From Phoronis australis (taxonomy: Eukaryota; Animalia; Phoronida), in contig NMRA01000284.1 of NCBI GenBank assembly GCA_002633005.1, positions 330,978 to 394,977 on the forward strand: a stretch of 64,000 bases of DNA. Reading direction: 5' to 3'. Of this stretch, positions 11,272 through 23,300 are shown one piece after another. Positions within the stretch are counted from its first letter, which is position 1. Each line of letters begins with the position of its first letter. The notes under the pieces were generated by a model that was not told the origin of the DNA, did no database searches, and saw only the letters and a program-made list of their open reading frames with translations. A program made the translations under genes and the position numbers.

Positions 11272-13046
11272 CTATGCTTGTGAAATACAACCCAGTACCA
11301 TTGCGATTATTGTAACTGTTAAATATGCTCTCGTTTTAACCGCCAGCCCATTCACTTTCGCATCCGTACACTGGTATGTATAAATCGGGAAGTATTCTGG
11401 TCGACGTACTTTACAAGACGAGTCAGGAAACGTAACTGATGTATACGCTAATTTACTTTTGGGTTCAGCACACTGAGCATTTGCGCCATTTCGAGTGTAG
11501 TTCATATTTCTCAACCAAAAGATGGNCTCGTTTTAACCGCCAGCCCGTTCACTTTCGCATTCGTACACTGGTATGTATAAATCGGGAAGTATTCTGGTCG
11601 ACGTACTTTACAAGACGAGTCAGGAAACGTAACTGATGTATACGCTAATTTACTTTTGGGTTCAGCACACTGAGCATTTGCGCCATTTCGAGTGTAGTTC
11701 ATATTTCTCAACCAAAAGATGGCACAGTCGCACTCTACAGGATTTCTTCTGTGATTCAGACTGTTAAGTGAAGGTAAATATCGAAACGGATGAACAGAGA
11801 GTGTCTTCAGTAAGTTTCCCTCCAAATTCAGGGCCTTGAGATTGGCCAGTCCGCTAAAGGCCTGAAGGTCAATAGAAGATATCCTGTTATCGGCCAATAG
11901 AAGGCGCTCTAAAGACTGTATGTTGACGAAGGCGAGGTCCTGAAGATGTTTTATTGCATTGTCATTGAGGTTAAGGACTTCAATAACAGTTGCTTTTGGC
12001 GTACACCGAAAAAAGGGTACATTCGGTCCTAGACTTCTTCCTTCGCAGTTTACTTGCCACATGACGTCATATGGTCTACCCGGTGGCAGTCCTTTTGTTT
12101 GCTGGCAACCATAGTGTTCCAAAGCCGGTGGACCACTCGGTGCGCTCATCGTTGTAGGAATAGGTGGGTTTGTCTTCATAGAAGAAAATGTTGTGTCATT
12201 TGGAGCACTCATCGTTGTTAGACTAAGGGGTTTTGTCTTTGTAGAAGAAAATGTGTCATTCGGTGCACTCATTGTTGTTTGAATAAGCGACCTTGTCTTC
12301 ATAGAACGAGAGGATGCTGTGTCATTCGGTGCCCTCGACGTTGTGAGAAATAGGGGTTTTGTTATCGTAGAAGAGGGTGTTGTGTGCTCCGACTCATTTT
12401 TACACTCATAATGTGTCTTGTTAAACAACGATAGACTTCTAGGTAGACATGCATCATCAGTGAAATTCAGTACAGACCAGTGAATTGCACCGGGAGGATG
12501 GTGACAATGTCCAGTTTCCACAGTGAAGTTCACCGAACGCAACCAGAACACTGAACAATTGCACACAATAGGATTGCCTAGAAACTGGGCGATTTTCAGC
12601 GAAGGTAGGTACCTAAATGGGTGTATAGAAACATCCCTCAACTGGTTTCTTTCCAAATTTAAGACTCGTACATTAGTTAAGCCTGCGAATGCTTGAAGGT
12701 CAATGGATGATATCCTGTTATCTGCTAACAGAATCCGTTCTACAGACTGCACGTTCACAAAAGCCATTTCCTGTAGGTGGACAATCCTGTTGTCTCTCAT
12801 GTCGATCACTTCAATGATCTCTGAGAGTGGTGTGCATTGAAAATATGGAACATTTGGTCCGATGTTTTTGTTTTGGCAATTAAGATGCCAAAATATTTCA
12901 ATAGACCTGCCACTTTTCCTTCCTTCTGTTTGGTTGCAAAAACTAACTATAGGTGAGCCAACTACGTCACGAACAGCGCACAGCGACGTCTTTATGCAGA
13001 AAATGAAGATGGAGAAGAGTAGAAACCAATGCACGAACTTCTTCAT
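11272..13046 (-). CDS. Extracellular leucine-rich repeat protein with two LRRNT-LRR-LRRCT modules, S/T-rich stalk and probable GPI signal (~525 aa after removing the assembly duplication)
   Basis: ATG at 13046 directly after an acceptor-like tttcag; signal peptide MKKFVHWFLLFSIFIFCIKTSLCA; LxxLxLxxNxIxxI repeats; LRRCT NPIVCNCSVFWL and NPVECDCAIFWL; C-terminus RAYLTVTIIAMVLGCISQA* (stop 11272-11274) reached after collapsing the duplicated 196 bp at N11526; AATAAA on - strand at 10394-10399. Confidence 0.9.
12130..12385 (-). repeat. Coding ~60-66 bp tandem repeat (mucin-like stalk, four units)
   Basis: TTSRAPNDT / TTMSAPNDT / TTMSAPNDT / TTMSAPSGP repeats in the translation. Confidence 0.85.
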
Positions 13047-16000
13047 CTGAAATGATGCAACAACCACACTGACTAATATTTAACATCACAGGGCAATGTA
13101 TTTAGTATGTCCTAAACTGTCAGTGGACTGAAGTGTGTATTTTAGACAATTTCTTCGGAATGTGAGAAAAAAAACACGTGCAACTTGATACAGAATTAGT
13201 ATTCAATAAATCCGATTCCTACGGTTCGAAACAACGCTGTATTGTCTTTCCCCAATGTTCAAGGGCCTACATGGACAAAATCATATGCTTGTTTACATTT
13301 ATGGGAAATTTTTAAATCTTGAGTAAAACTCGATGCTAAAAGTCTCTAAAAGTCTGACGTAACCGAAGTAGAGTAAATGCATTTTCAATTACTTTAATCT
13401 TGTGGGCTACCGAAGTGTGTTTTTGATCATCGACGACACCCATCGTCCACGTGTATGCCATAGTAAACGTAACGAAACTAGGAAAATAAATTGGCTCTAC
13501 CCCGAACAAGTCGCAAAGGCAATGTTTTCTTACGATAGGTGTTTTAAGCACTCTAATTGTGCGAATAATTTCATAACTCATTTTTTCAGTGTCCACATTT
13601 ATACATATAACTGAAGTTGGCTTCCATTATTGAATTTCAGTTGAGTAAAATTTTATGAGCGCATTCAGTTAGTCCTTAGATTAAGTTAATAATTAGCTTA
13701 TAAAAACAGTACAAACATTTGTTTCAACAAATTGCAAGATACAAAACAATAAGCTCCATGAGGCATGATAATTTTTGCAGTTACGGTGTTGGTATACCTA
13801 CCTCAATCACGAGAGAACAGCACAACGCGAGAGCTCTAAAACTAAGACAACTATGCCTGTAGTCGATTCGCTGTTGAAATAGTGAACACATTTAGTGCGT
13901 GACCAGATTACCATAATGCGACGCTTTTATCAGAAAGCACTAGAACACACGAGGGGATTAGAGACGGATCTAACGGGAATACTTAGGGTGGGTTTTATTT
14001 TTAGGTGGATCACGAGGGCAGAATAACCGAGACACAACTGCCTCCCTATAGTTACGTCACCATATATCGGTGCAGTGACTCATCAATCGCATGACAATCG
14101 AAAATAAAGTGAAAATGAACAATATTCCCGATCTTTCGGGCGTAATTGTTGATATCATATAATTAGACTAAATCTGAAAGTTTTCCATGACATTCAGAAC
14201 AAACTTTAGGGTTTCGGATTCTGCACAAAACTCTCACTGTTACTTTTTTGCCATGTTTTATTCCGATGCTGATCGTGTTGTCTAGAAAAACGAAAAATAG
14301 GTGGTCGCATATTTACCTTCTGAGCTATTTTAGCCATTTTTGTCACACCTAATGACGGACACTTAGATAGTGTAAAGTCACTGGGAAGTTTAATACGGTG
14401 CGCCATAATAACAAAAACTGCACACAAGATCAACATTTTTTAATAAAAATTTGTCATTGAAAATAAAAAATAATGCTCAAGAGTTTCCTGAATTAAACAA
14501 TGTCGTAAAACTAAAACAACAACTGCTTTACGGCTTTTGTCGAACTGTATCGACCCCAACTATTAGTGTTATTCAAGTTGTAAACAAAAATGTATTACCG
14601 AACTGACAATGTCGCCAGTTAGTTTGATAACACATTTACACATTTACTTTCACAGGTATAATTTGGAAGCACTTGTTTTTCTTAAAAATCATGAAATTTC
14701 CACATGATGGCATTAAATCTTCAGTATAAAATTTTGCTTCCAGATCGTTCATAACTTCTTCAAACGTTTTAATACTTGCATTGCATCAATAAAACATTCT
14801 AGGCATATTATTTGGTAAACTGTGAGCCTTTTTAATTCAACAAAATCAGCGTAAACCCCAAAATTTTATGATAGTCTTATCGTCTTATCAATTTACTGGG
14901 AAACTGACATTGTTGCGATTTCAACTATCTACAAAGGTCATCCACAAATTTTAGAATGTTTTGATTCATTACGATGTTTGTTGGATTTCAGTGTCGTAAA
15001 CTAAAATTTATTGCAGTGCAAAGAATATTAAATAAAAAACGAGTTCGTCCATAAATCTCCAAATTCTCTATTTCTCAGACAATGTTTCTTCAACCTGTCG
15101 TCTGGCTGCCCACCAACCTGAAGTTTTTGCAAATAAGTTTTGTTACCTGCGATAGAAATATTTGTAGAATTTCTGATCTTAGTTGCAATAGCGTTTCTGT
15201 GTACCATAGACTTTCTTACTCGTGTTGGTTATAATATAAATATTTGTGAAATCTCTGCATATTTCACTGAATACCTGTTTGCTTGATAATGTTTCTTACA
15301 TTCACCTTACAAAATTCAACACACATACTGTATATTTCTATATGAACTTTATTCGTTTGATTGTTTTGCACCAACATTGCATTGTTTGCGACAGAGATAA
15401 AATTCCCTGTCATACAATGTATCTGGGTTTGAACATATATTCATTGTACGTTTTGCGTGCCTCAATGAATATTTGTAACTAAAAAAACGATGTTCCTAAA
15501 ACTGATAAACCTCTACTCGTAAATTTCTGAACGACTTTTGGTGCCACAGCCAATGAATTGTCAGTTCCTGCTTAACTTGATAAAATTTTAGGGTTTGTTA
15601 TAATTTTGCTAAATTAAAAATTTCATAGTTTATCAGTTACCTATGAAATTATGTATTGATACCTAATGCAAATTGCTATTAAAGCAAGTACATGTACGTT
15701 TATAAAAGATCTAGAAAAAATTATTGAATCTTTTAGTTTATCACACCTTGTGTAAGTTTGAAGATCTTTTGCTTAGCAGTTATACCTACGAAAGATATGT
15801 AAAGGTGCGAAGTTAAATGGCGACATTGGCAATTTCGTAATACATTTGTGTTTATTACTTCAATAACATTATTACAGTGTTTACAATGTTGCTTCCAGAT
15901 TTCATTACCAGGTAATGCTCATAAATTCAAAAATTTGCCATTTAGATTTTAGTGAAAAATTTTAAAAAAAATAAACAGCCCGCTTTTATCACTTAATGCA

Positions 16001-16439
16001 AGTATGGAAATATGTTTAATACTATACGTTTTTTAAATATGTAAGTTCTATCTCGTATCCAACTGGTAAATTAACCACATGTAAAGTTTTAAACTTCATG
16101 GAACTATGCAATTTTAAACATGGAAGCTTTTACAAAATACAATTGTACCCGATGGAGGTCACAGAACTCACTGAGATAGTATATTTTCACACAAGAAACA
16201 TTACATTGTCTTGTAATCGGGTATCAGAAGCAATGCCAAGCGACCATTTCTGCTACTGATAATTTCCTCTGCTTCTTTTTCTCGCAAAAATGTCTGTTTG
16301 CCGAACTATTTTGAGCGGACTCACGAAATGTCGTCGATTTCTGTTTGTTGACTGTCCTGAGTCGACGACGGTCTCGCCATCTGGTGGCCGTCGGACTTAC
16401 ACAGTTGGTCGCAGCGCCCTCGGTTGAGCAAAATCTCCG

Positions 16440-16620
16440 AAAGTTCCCCATTACGTCACACGAGTACCGTCGCATCAGTCGTCGCCAAGGGAATGTCTTA
16501 CTGACTTCCTCTCGACAGTTCACTTGCAGGCGCAAGAAAATCAATTCAAGGTTCTGTCAAAGTCCTTTTCGAGTGTTTGTTGACACCTGTCAAGTCTGTG
16601 TGTTTCCGTTCTAAAGGTAG
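16440..16620 (+). promoter_or_regulatory. Candidate promoter and non-coding first exon of the microprotein gene
   Basis: Locally CpG-rich 16310-16560, CRE/ATF-like TTACGTCA at 16451-16458, donor-like aag/GTAGGC near 16617. Inference only. Confidence 0.35.
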
Positions 16621-19600
16621 GCCAGAGCAAGTGACTGAATTGAAACTTATCGAGCGGTTTATAGCCTGTAACTCTTCTGTACACATTATACAGTGATTTT
16701 ATTGATTAATTGACGTGAGCTGACTGCGGCTTTAGACTGCAGAACTAACTTACCAACTTAGTCGTAACCTGCAATAATGTGTTTGATAGTTGGCCTAGTG
16801 GAATTTTGTCGACCTATGTCTTCCAAAAGCCTAAATGGAGATACAAAGACGGTGAGCCTCAGTATTGGACTCATCATTCAGTCATGCCGCCCAGCCGATC
16901 ACTATAGCTTCAAACATATGAAATAGGCCTATAAATCCCCTGACCGGCCTGAGCCTTGGATAAAGGGCAGGTTGGCTATTATCTTACTTGTTTACTACCC
17001 TGCCTGACTAACAACTGCACACCATTTCTAAAGCACAGCAGGTCATCACAACTGCCCTGGTGACTGCTAATCAGGTCAAATCAGTTCTAACAATAGTGGG
17101 CCAAGTGGATGGTAAGATTGTTGGGACCATTTCAGTGGCAAATTCTCAGATTTTGTAAAATCTGATAGCCCTGTATTGCCTCTTCAAACATACAGAATTG
17201 ACAATTCATGAATTAAATTGATAGAAGGCATCAAATTTGCTGTGTCTCTGACTGGACCGTCTGGGGTTGGTAATTGATACAAATTCAAAACCAGTCATTT
17301 TAGTCTTGAAAGGTAATTATCTCAGATTGGATTTGCCTCATTCATTTATGGTATTAGTGTTTTATTGGCAAGACTTGGATTCTCCTGGTGTTCTGAAAAG
17401 GTTGCCATGCTGATTTTGAGAAAATGAATTTAGTGGACTCATGTCACTGAACTCTGTTAGATTAGATATGAGTACTGTGCTATTTTATTTGTAATTTCTC
17501 TTCGTATGTGGACTTTGAGACTACAGTAAAGCTTTTGCCAACGAAATCAATAACCACAAATGCCCGTGAGAGTGATATATGTGGTTAACTTATCTCTCTG
17601 CAATTGTTATACAAATGCGTGTGAGCTAGGTAAGACTGGTGGATTCATGTTCACTTCCTTAATTTTGAGTCATGGTCGAAGACTCGAGTCCCACTGGAGC
17701 ATATTGCGAAACCCGTAACTCAGGTCTCTGGCTGCTCAACTCGGTTTTAGCTATATATTAATGAAGTATAAACATCCACGTGATCAGTGCAATGAGCCCA
17801 CCTGAGTGAGCGCTGATGTCTAACACAAGGGGAACCAGACTTGTTATTTTATATTGCCCATTAGAGCAGGTGTTTTATGACTAATTCTGTCTTCAATGCA
17901 CTGACAAGATTTCTAGTGCTACAACCTTGAGAAAATGACTAATTTTGAGTGGATTAAATTCTTTTATTCAAAAATTGTTTTTAACTTCATGGTCATAGCG
18001 AATCAGACAATCTACCAACATTTAGTGCTTGTTGTGTTATTTATTGGCAACACTAATGCACAAGCAGACTAGATCTTAGCAATATTGTAATTGCAAACCA
18101 TGGTGCATTTGGCCGAAGTGTTCATAAAACTTAGGCACCGGCATTCCTGTACAAATCCTTAACCATGTCATTATCAACACGTATTGTTGGTAGGCCTCTT
18201 ATGGTATGGTGGTTTGTTGGCAGCAATTGGTGGTGCCATGGAGGGTAACTTGGTGAAAAGTATTTTTTTGAGCTTTACGTTCAAAACAACTGTGTGTCCT
18301 TGAAGAAGTATTATCTGGGTGTTTGTCATGTGCACACCCGGGGGGGGGGCATTTGACGACGTGGGCAAAAAGGTCTGCCTCAGAGAAACAAAACTCTGAA
18401 AAATAGAGAATGAGACAAAAGTCCACTAAAAAGGCAGGAACTACCAAAATTTGGTGAATACACAATTCATAGCTTTGAATTTACCAGGTGAATCCCAATA
18501 AAAGGTCCACAGGTCCACATTCTCAAAAATGTTACCCCCCCCCCATTCTTTAGGCTGGATACGCGCATGTTTGTTGTGCATGAGAGGGCTCCTCCATTCA
18601 AATTTCACTGCATTTTTGGGGTCAGCCTGATAAGTGGTGGTGTACACAAGTGAAGACACCCCCTTGTGTATTGCTGCAGACAGGTTACACAATATTTAGG
18701 GTTTAGGACATATCAACAAAAGAACTGATGTTCAAATGCACACATAATTTCTCTTTTCCTTCTTCTGTTGTAGTTAACTGATTTCCCCATTTAAGCAACT
18801 GCACAAGTTCAATTATAAATCAATGATGGATTTAGTTTTTATAATCCTGCAGTGTCTAAAATGGGTGGAAAAGAAATTTGCCAAGAATAGGCAGCAGTTA
18901 TCGCTGTCACCTACTGAGTATTTTTGCTCTCTAACTCCCCATTAGTCCCCATGCAAAAGAAGGCTGTCATTATAAGTCCAGGGGCTGTTAATTGTGACTG
19001 CTTATTGTAATCCCAACTTGCATGAAACATTATAATTACCAGAAATTGCTGGTTGTGAAATGTGCCAGGTAGCGCCTATAGTGCAGGTAAATCTATAAAT
19101 ATGTAACCAAAGCCTGGAACTTGTAAGGCAAATCATATAATCTTATGAATTAACAACATTACCTGGTGTGTTTGAACAGTATATGCAGCAAAGATAATTC
19201 AGGACCAGAGTTTACATCTTGGGATATATGCTAGCTGATTCATCAGCCTAACTTTGCCATATACTAGGCTGATTGGGTGCTAGCGTGTACTTTACCAACT
19301 AACAGGTAGTTCTAGGAGACGGAGATAATTTTTGAGTGAAAATATACTGAAAACTATGTAGAGCTCAACATGTGCAGACTTAACTGTAAAGTTTGTCCTT
19401 TTTAGATGTTTTTGATCCTTGACTCTCACAATTAAGTTAGATTCAAGCCTATTACCATGTGGGAGCAATTTACTTGCCCTCATGTTAAATGTCTTCTGTT
19501 GACAGCCATGTTTTCTTAAGGCCAAGGTCACAACTTTTTTGTCAGGTGACCCATAATTTGTATATTTAAGACAAAAACTGTGAGGGAGATAATTCCAGTT

Positions 19601-19806
19601 TTGGCAGTATATTTACGTCCAATCTATAATTTACAGTAACTGTTTCCATTCATATTAACGCAGAAAAATCAGGAACCCCTACTGGGTATCAAACCCCTGA
19701 GGACTCTAGATTGCCTGTGTAGTGGTCTTACCTCTGCAGACCTGATATTTGTGCAATTACTGTTTACAGTCATAAAGGCCTTTATGATTGTTGCTCTTCT
19801 TGGGGC

Positions 19807-20935
19807 ATGAGTGTAAATCTGAAAAAATCTAAGATCATTGTTTTTAGAAATGGCGGGCCACTCAGAGCATATGAGAAGTGGTATTATGGAAAAGTATTGG
19901 AGGTTGTCTCCCAATATAAATATCTTGGAATATTCTTTACACCAGGATTAGTTTGGTCCAAAGCCACTAAAACTCTGGCACGTCAAGGTAGAAGAGTTGT
20001 AATGTCTATCTCTAAAATTAGAAACCGGTGCACGGAATTACCTTTGAGCCTATCACTTGAACTGTTTGATAAAGTTGCTGTGCCAACTGTTTGCTACGGG
20101 GCGGAAATCTAGGGATTCAAAGAATTTGAATGGCTTTAAAATGTATATGTTAAATTCTGTAAAATTGCTCTTGGAGTTGGAAACTCTTGCTCAAATGCAG
20201 GTGAACGTGGACTATATCCGCTCTATGTAATATTGGCTAAAGTTATTGAAAATGCCACCTACTAGATACGCTAAAGCTGCTTATGACATGTTAGCTGATT
20301 TAGATCAGAATGGGAGAAATACTTGGGTATCTGTTAGACAATTGCTATCAAATTCGGTTTTTATGAAGTTTGGTTGAATCAAGGTGTAACGGGCAAAGTC
20401 TCGTTTTTAAGTATCTTCTCGCAAAGAGATAGTGACTGCTATGAGCAGGGTTGGCAATCAGAAATTGAGCATAATGCAAAACTTAAATAGCATTGTAATT
20501 TTAAGACTCTGCACTGTATTGAACCATATCTTAAATTACCGCTACACAATAGTCTTATTCAATTGTTTACTCCGTTATGTTGCTCCAACCATACATTACA
20601 AGTGGAAGTGGGTAGACACGAGAAAGTGGAATATTATAATAGATTATGTTTGATTTGCAATGATGGTCTTGTAGAGGATGAATACCACTTCCTGTTGATT
20701 TGCAAGGGATATTGGGAACTTAGGTCACGTTTTATGAAGCAAGTTCAATGGAAGCATCCGACTCGAGTATCCTGTATATACCTGCTAGCTAATCCAGATA
20801 TCTGTTGTTATATATGTGTATTCTGCCCTTAAAAGACAAGAACAACTCTTGGGTTGACTGGGTGTGCAATTTTTCCTGATTAATGTGTTTTTGTTTATTG
20901 TACTTTGGGCCAGAGGCCTTTATTACAAATAAAAC
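19807..20935 (+). mobile_element. 5'-truncated, degenerate non-LTR retrotransposon (RTE-X-like ORF2 C-terminus)
   Basis: RT thumb motifs VNLKKSKIIVF...YKYLGIFF...LFDKVAVPTVCYGAEI*; downstream SNHTLQVEVGRH...RLCLICNDGLVEDEYHFLLIC (CCHC zinc knuckle); stops and frameshifts; AATAAA near 20928. Confidence 0.88.
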
Positions 20936-21884
20936 CTATTGATACTGTGTGCGGTCCTATCTTATGCTGTTTGAGTCTCATTTCTTAGTCGATCTTTGGG
21001 ATTGATACATATCGAGAGTGAAGTCTACGTTGAATTCTCAACATTAGTGAGAATAAGTTGTTTTTTTTTTAATGCAACACCCCTGTATTATTAGGTAATG
21101 TCTTAAGTCAAGAGAGCTCAAGATTAAGATTAATCAATAGAGAAAACACTACACGTGCATCAGTGAGTAAAGAAAATAAATGATTACCGGTATGCAAAAT
21201 TTAGGGAACTCGAGTTGAGTCCCTATTTGGGACTGTTTCATACAACCGGGCACTGTTTCTACAGATGTATTGCCTAGGTGTGTGCAATGAGCTATATACC
21301 AGGTATAGCTCATTGGTCTGTGGGAGCTCAATAGCACACTAGCAGACTAATAAATGATAAATCTTTTCATGAAATGTCTATATGGCTGGCTGAAGCCTTT
21401 GTGTTCTATTGTGTTCATTGGGTAATAAAAGATAACAACCCTATTGACTTTTAGTATAGAGAACAAAGGGAAATTTTCAAATGGTAAGTTTAGGGTAATT
21501 AAGTTGAGTAGTTACAAGGTCATGTAGTGTATTAGAGAATTTCTCTCACAATAGCCACATTGGTCATGTCAAAAGTCAATTACAGTTTGATTGATATCAT
21601 CAAGTCAAAAAAGCAAACTCTCTTTGGTTGCAGACTTAAGAAGGTCATTACAAATTTCTCTTGGGTAATGAGTATGCATATCATTTTCAGGGTCCCACAT
21701 TTTGAGAACCAGTTTTCTCCATCGAATAACAAGCCTTAACTGGTTGTCAAAATGATGGACCCCTGTAAGTGACACTTGCTTGTTCAACCTTACTTGATTA
21801 TGTCTTCAATAGCCTAACAGCAAGAAATGGGTTCATTTGTTTGGCTACTGTGATTGTGTACAACATATTATCTTCAGTGTGCTG

Positions 21885-22010
21885 TTTATGACCTGTAGCT
21901 ACCTGTGTTTTTGTTTGATAACTGGCCCAAATATGGGTGGGGCTGTTTGTGACCAGTAGCTACCAACCTGTGTTTTTGTTTGATAACTGGCTTAAATATG
22001 GGTGGGACGT
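21885..22010. repeat. Two-copy ~60-bp tandem duplication
   Basis: tagctacc..tgtgtttttgtttgataactggc..aaatatgggtggg repeated twice. Confidence 0.8.
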
Positions 22011-23300
22011 ATACCCACCCTGGCTACTAAATGCATTTGTAGAGTATTTCAACTCAGGCACTGAACAAGAGAAAGCTATAAGTTAATATAATGCAGTTAG
22101 TGACAATGTGACAGAGAAGTGAAAAATTACTTTGATAAAACTTTTCAACAGAAGTAAACTGGCAGAAAACTTTACTTCCTTATTTCCAAAGTTTACACTC
22201 TATAGTTATGGTTATGACCGAACACTAAATGAAATTCAAGCATATTTAATGTTATACCTTTTGAAAGTTGGGAAAATTTTAATTTTGGTTTTGATTCTAG
22301 GAAACTTTAGTCTAACCTGCTCCTATAGTTTCCCTTTCGGGCACTTTGAGTGAAGTCAAACTATTTTTCAAGACAACACACCATAGGTATGCTGCATTTT
22401 GGACAAAAATAATTGCTAAAAATGCCCCTTTTAGATTTTTCAAGGGTTTCTAACATGGCTGTGAATTCCCACAACTTCTCAAAATGATGATATCTAATGG
22501 TGCAGACCTTGAACATGGAGAATCATTAATTCAGTGCTAAGTATATTTTGTGAAAAAAAATGAGAGAAATGAAAATTTCACTTGTCAGCTATATTGTGTC
22601 TTAAATTGGTGATATTTTACTGTAACCCCTACATTAACATTACCAGGAAGAGTGCGATGAGTCACAGTTAACAAAACAATGGACTGGAGAATTTAGTGCC
22701 GATGGATGCACAGCATTGTGGGTAAATTTACATGAGTGGCGCTACGGTATTTCAGGACGACTCTACTGTACTTGTTGAATTTCACTATTTAGCCTATAAC
22801 CATTGTTGACTTAGGTATGTTGCTCTGTTTAGTTCAGTCTGGATATGCCTTCAGAGTTCAGATCTACCACGTCTCCCAGATGTGGCGATTAAGTCACATG
22901 TTTTACTCTAGGTAATCTCTAACATAATAATTTTTGTTCACACAATAGGTAAATTGGTCAAAATACAGGTGGCAACGGCCAGTGTCCATCCTGTAAAGTA
23001 TATTTCCATTGTTAAATCATTTGAAAACCGTTGTATTGCTGTGAATTAATAAAATATTGAAAAATAGTAATTTTCATCATTTTCTAATGGAATTGGATAC
23101 TCCTCCAGCACTGAACAATGATTTGCCAGTTAAAAATTCCCAAATCTGCATCAGCACTAGGACTCTTGAAATCCCTGCACGCATGTCAGGGAACTCCATG
23201 TTGTTGTTGATATTGTATTGACTACCGTTTAATTAAACTAAACTTGTGTTCTGTTCCAGCTTGAACATGTGAGATCTGATGTGACGCGTTTCATGAAGCC

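Noticed and set aside
11272-11514. Separate 80-aa gene or true tandem exon duplication
   Set aside because: It is the real C-terminus of the LRR gene displaced by a gap-associated duplication.
19675-19745. tRNA-like sequence on the - strand
   Set aside because: Boxes are too degenerate (GGTTTGATACC) and there is no cloverleaf; at most an old SINE head.
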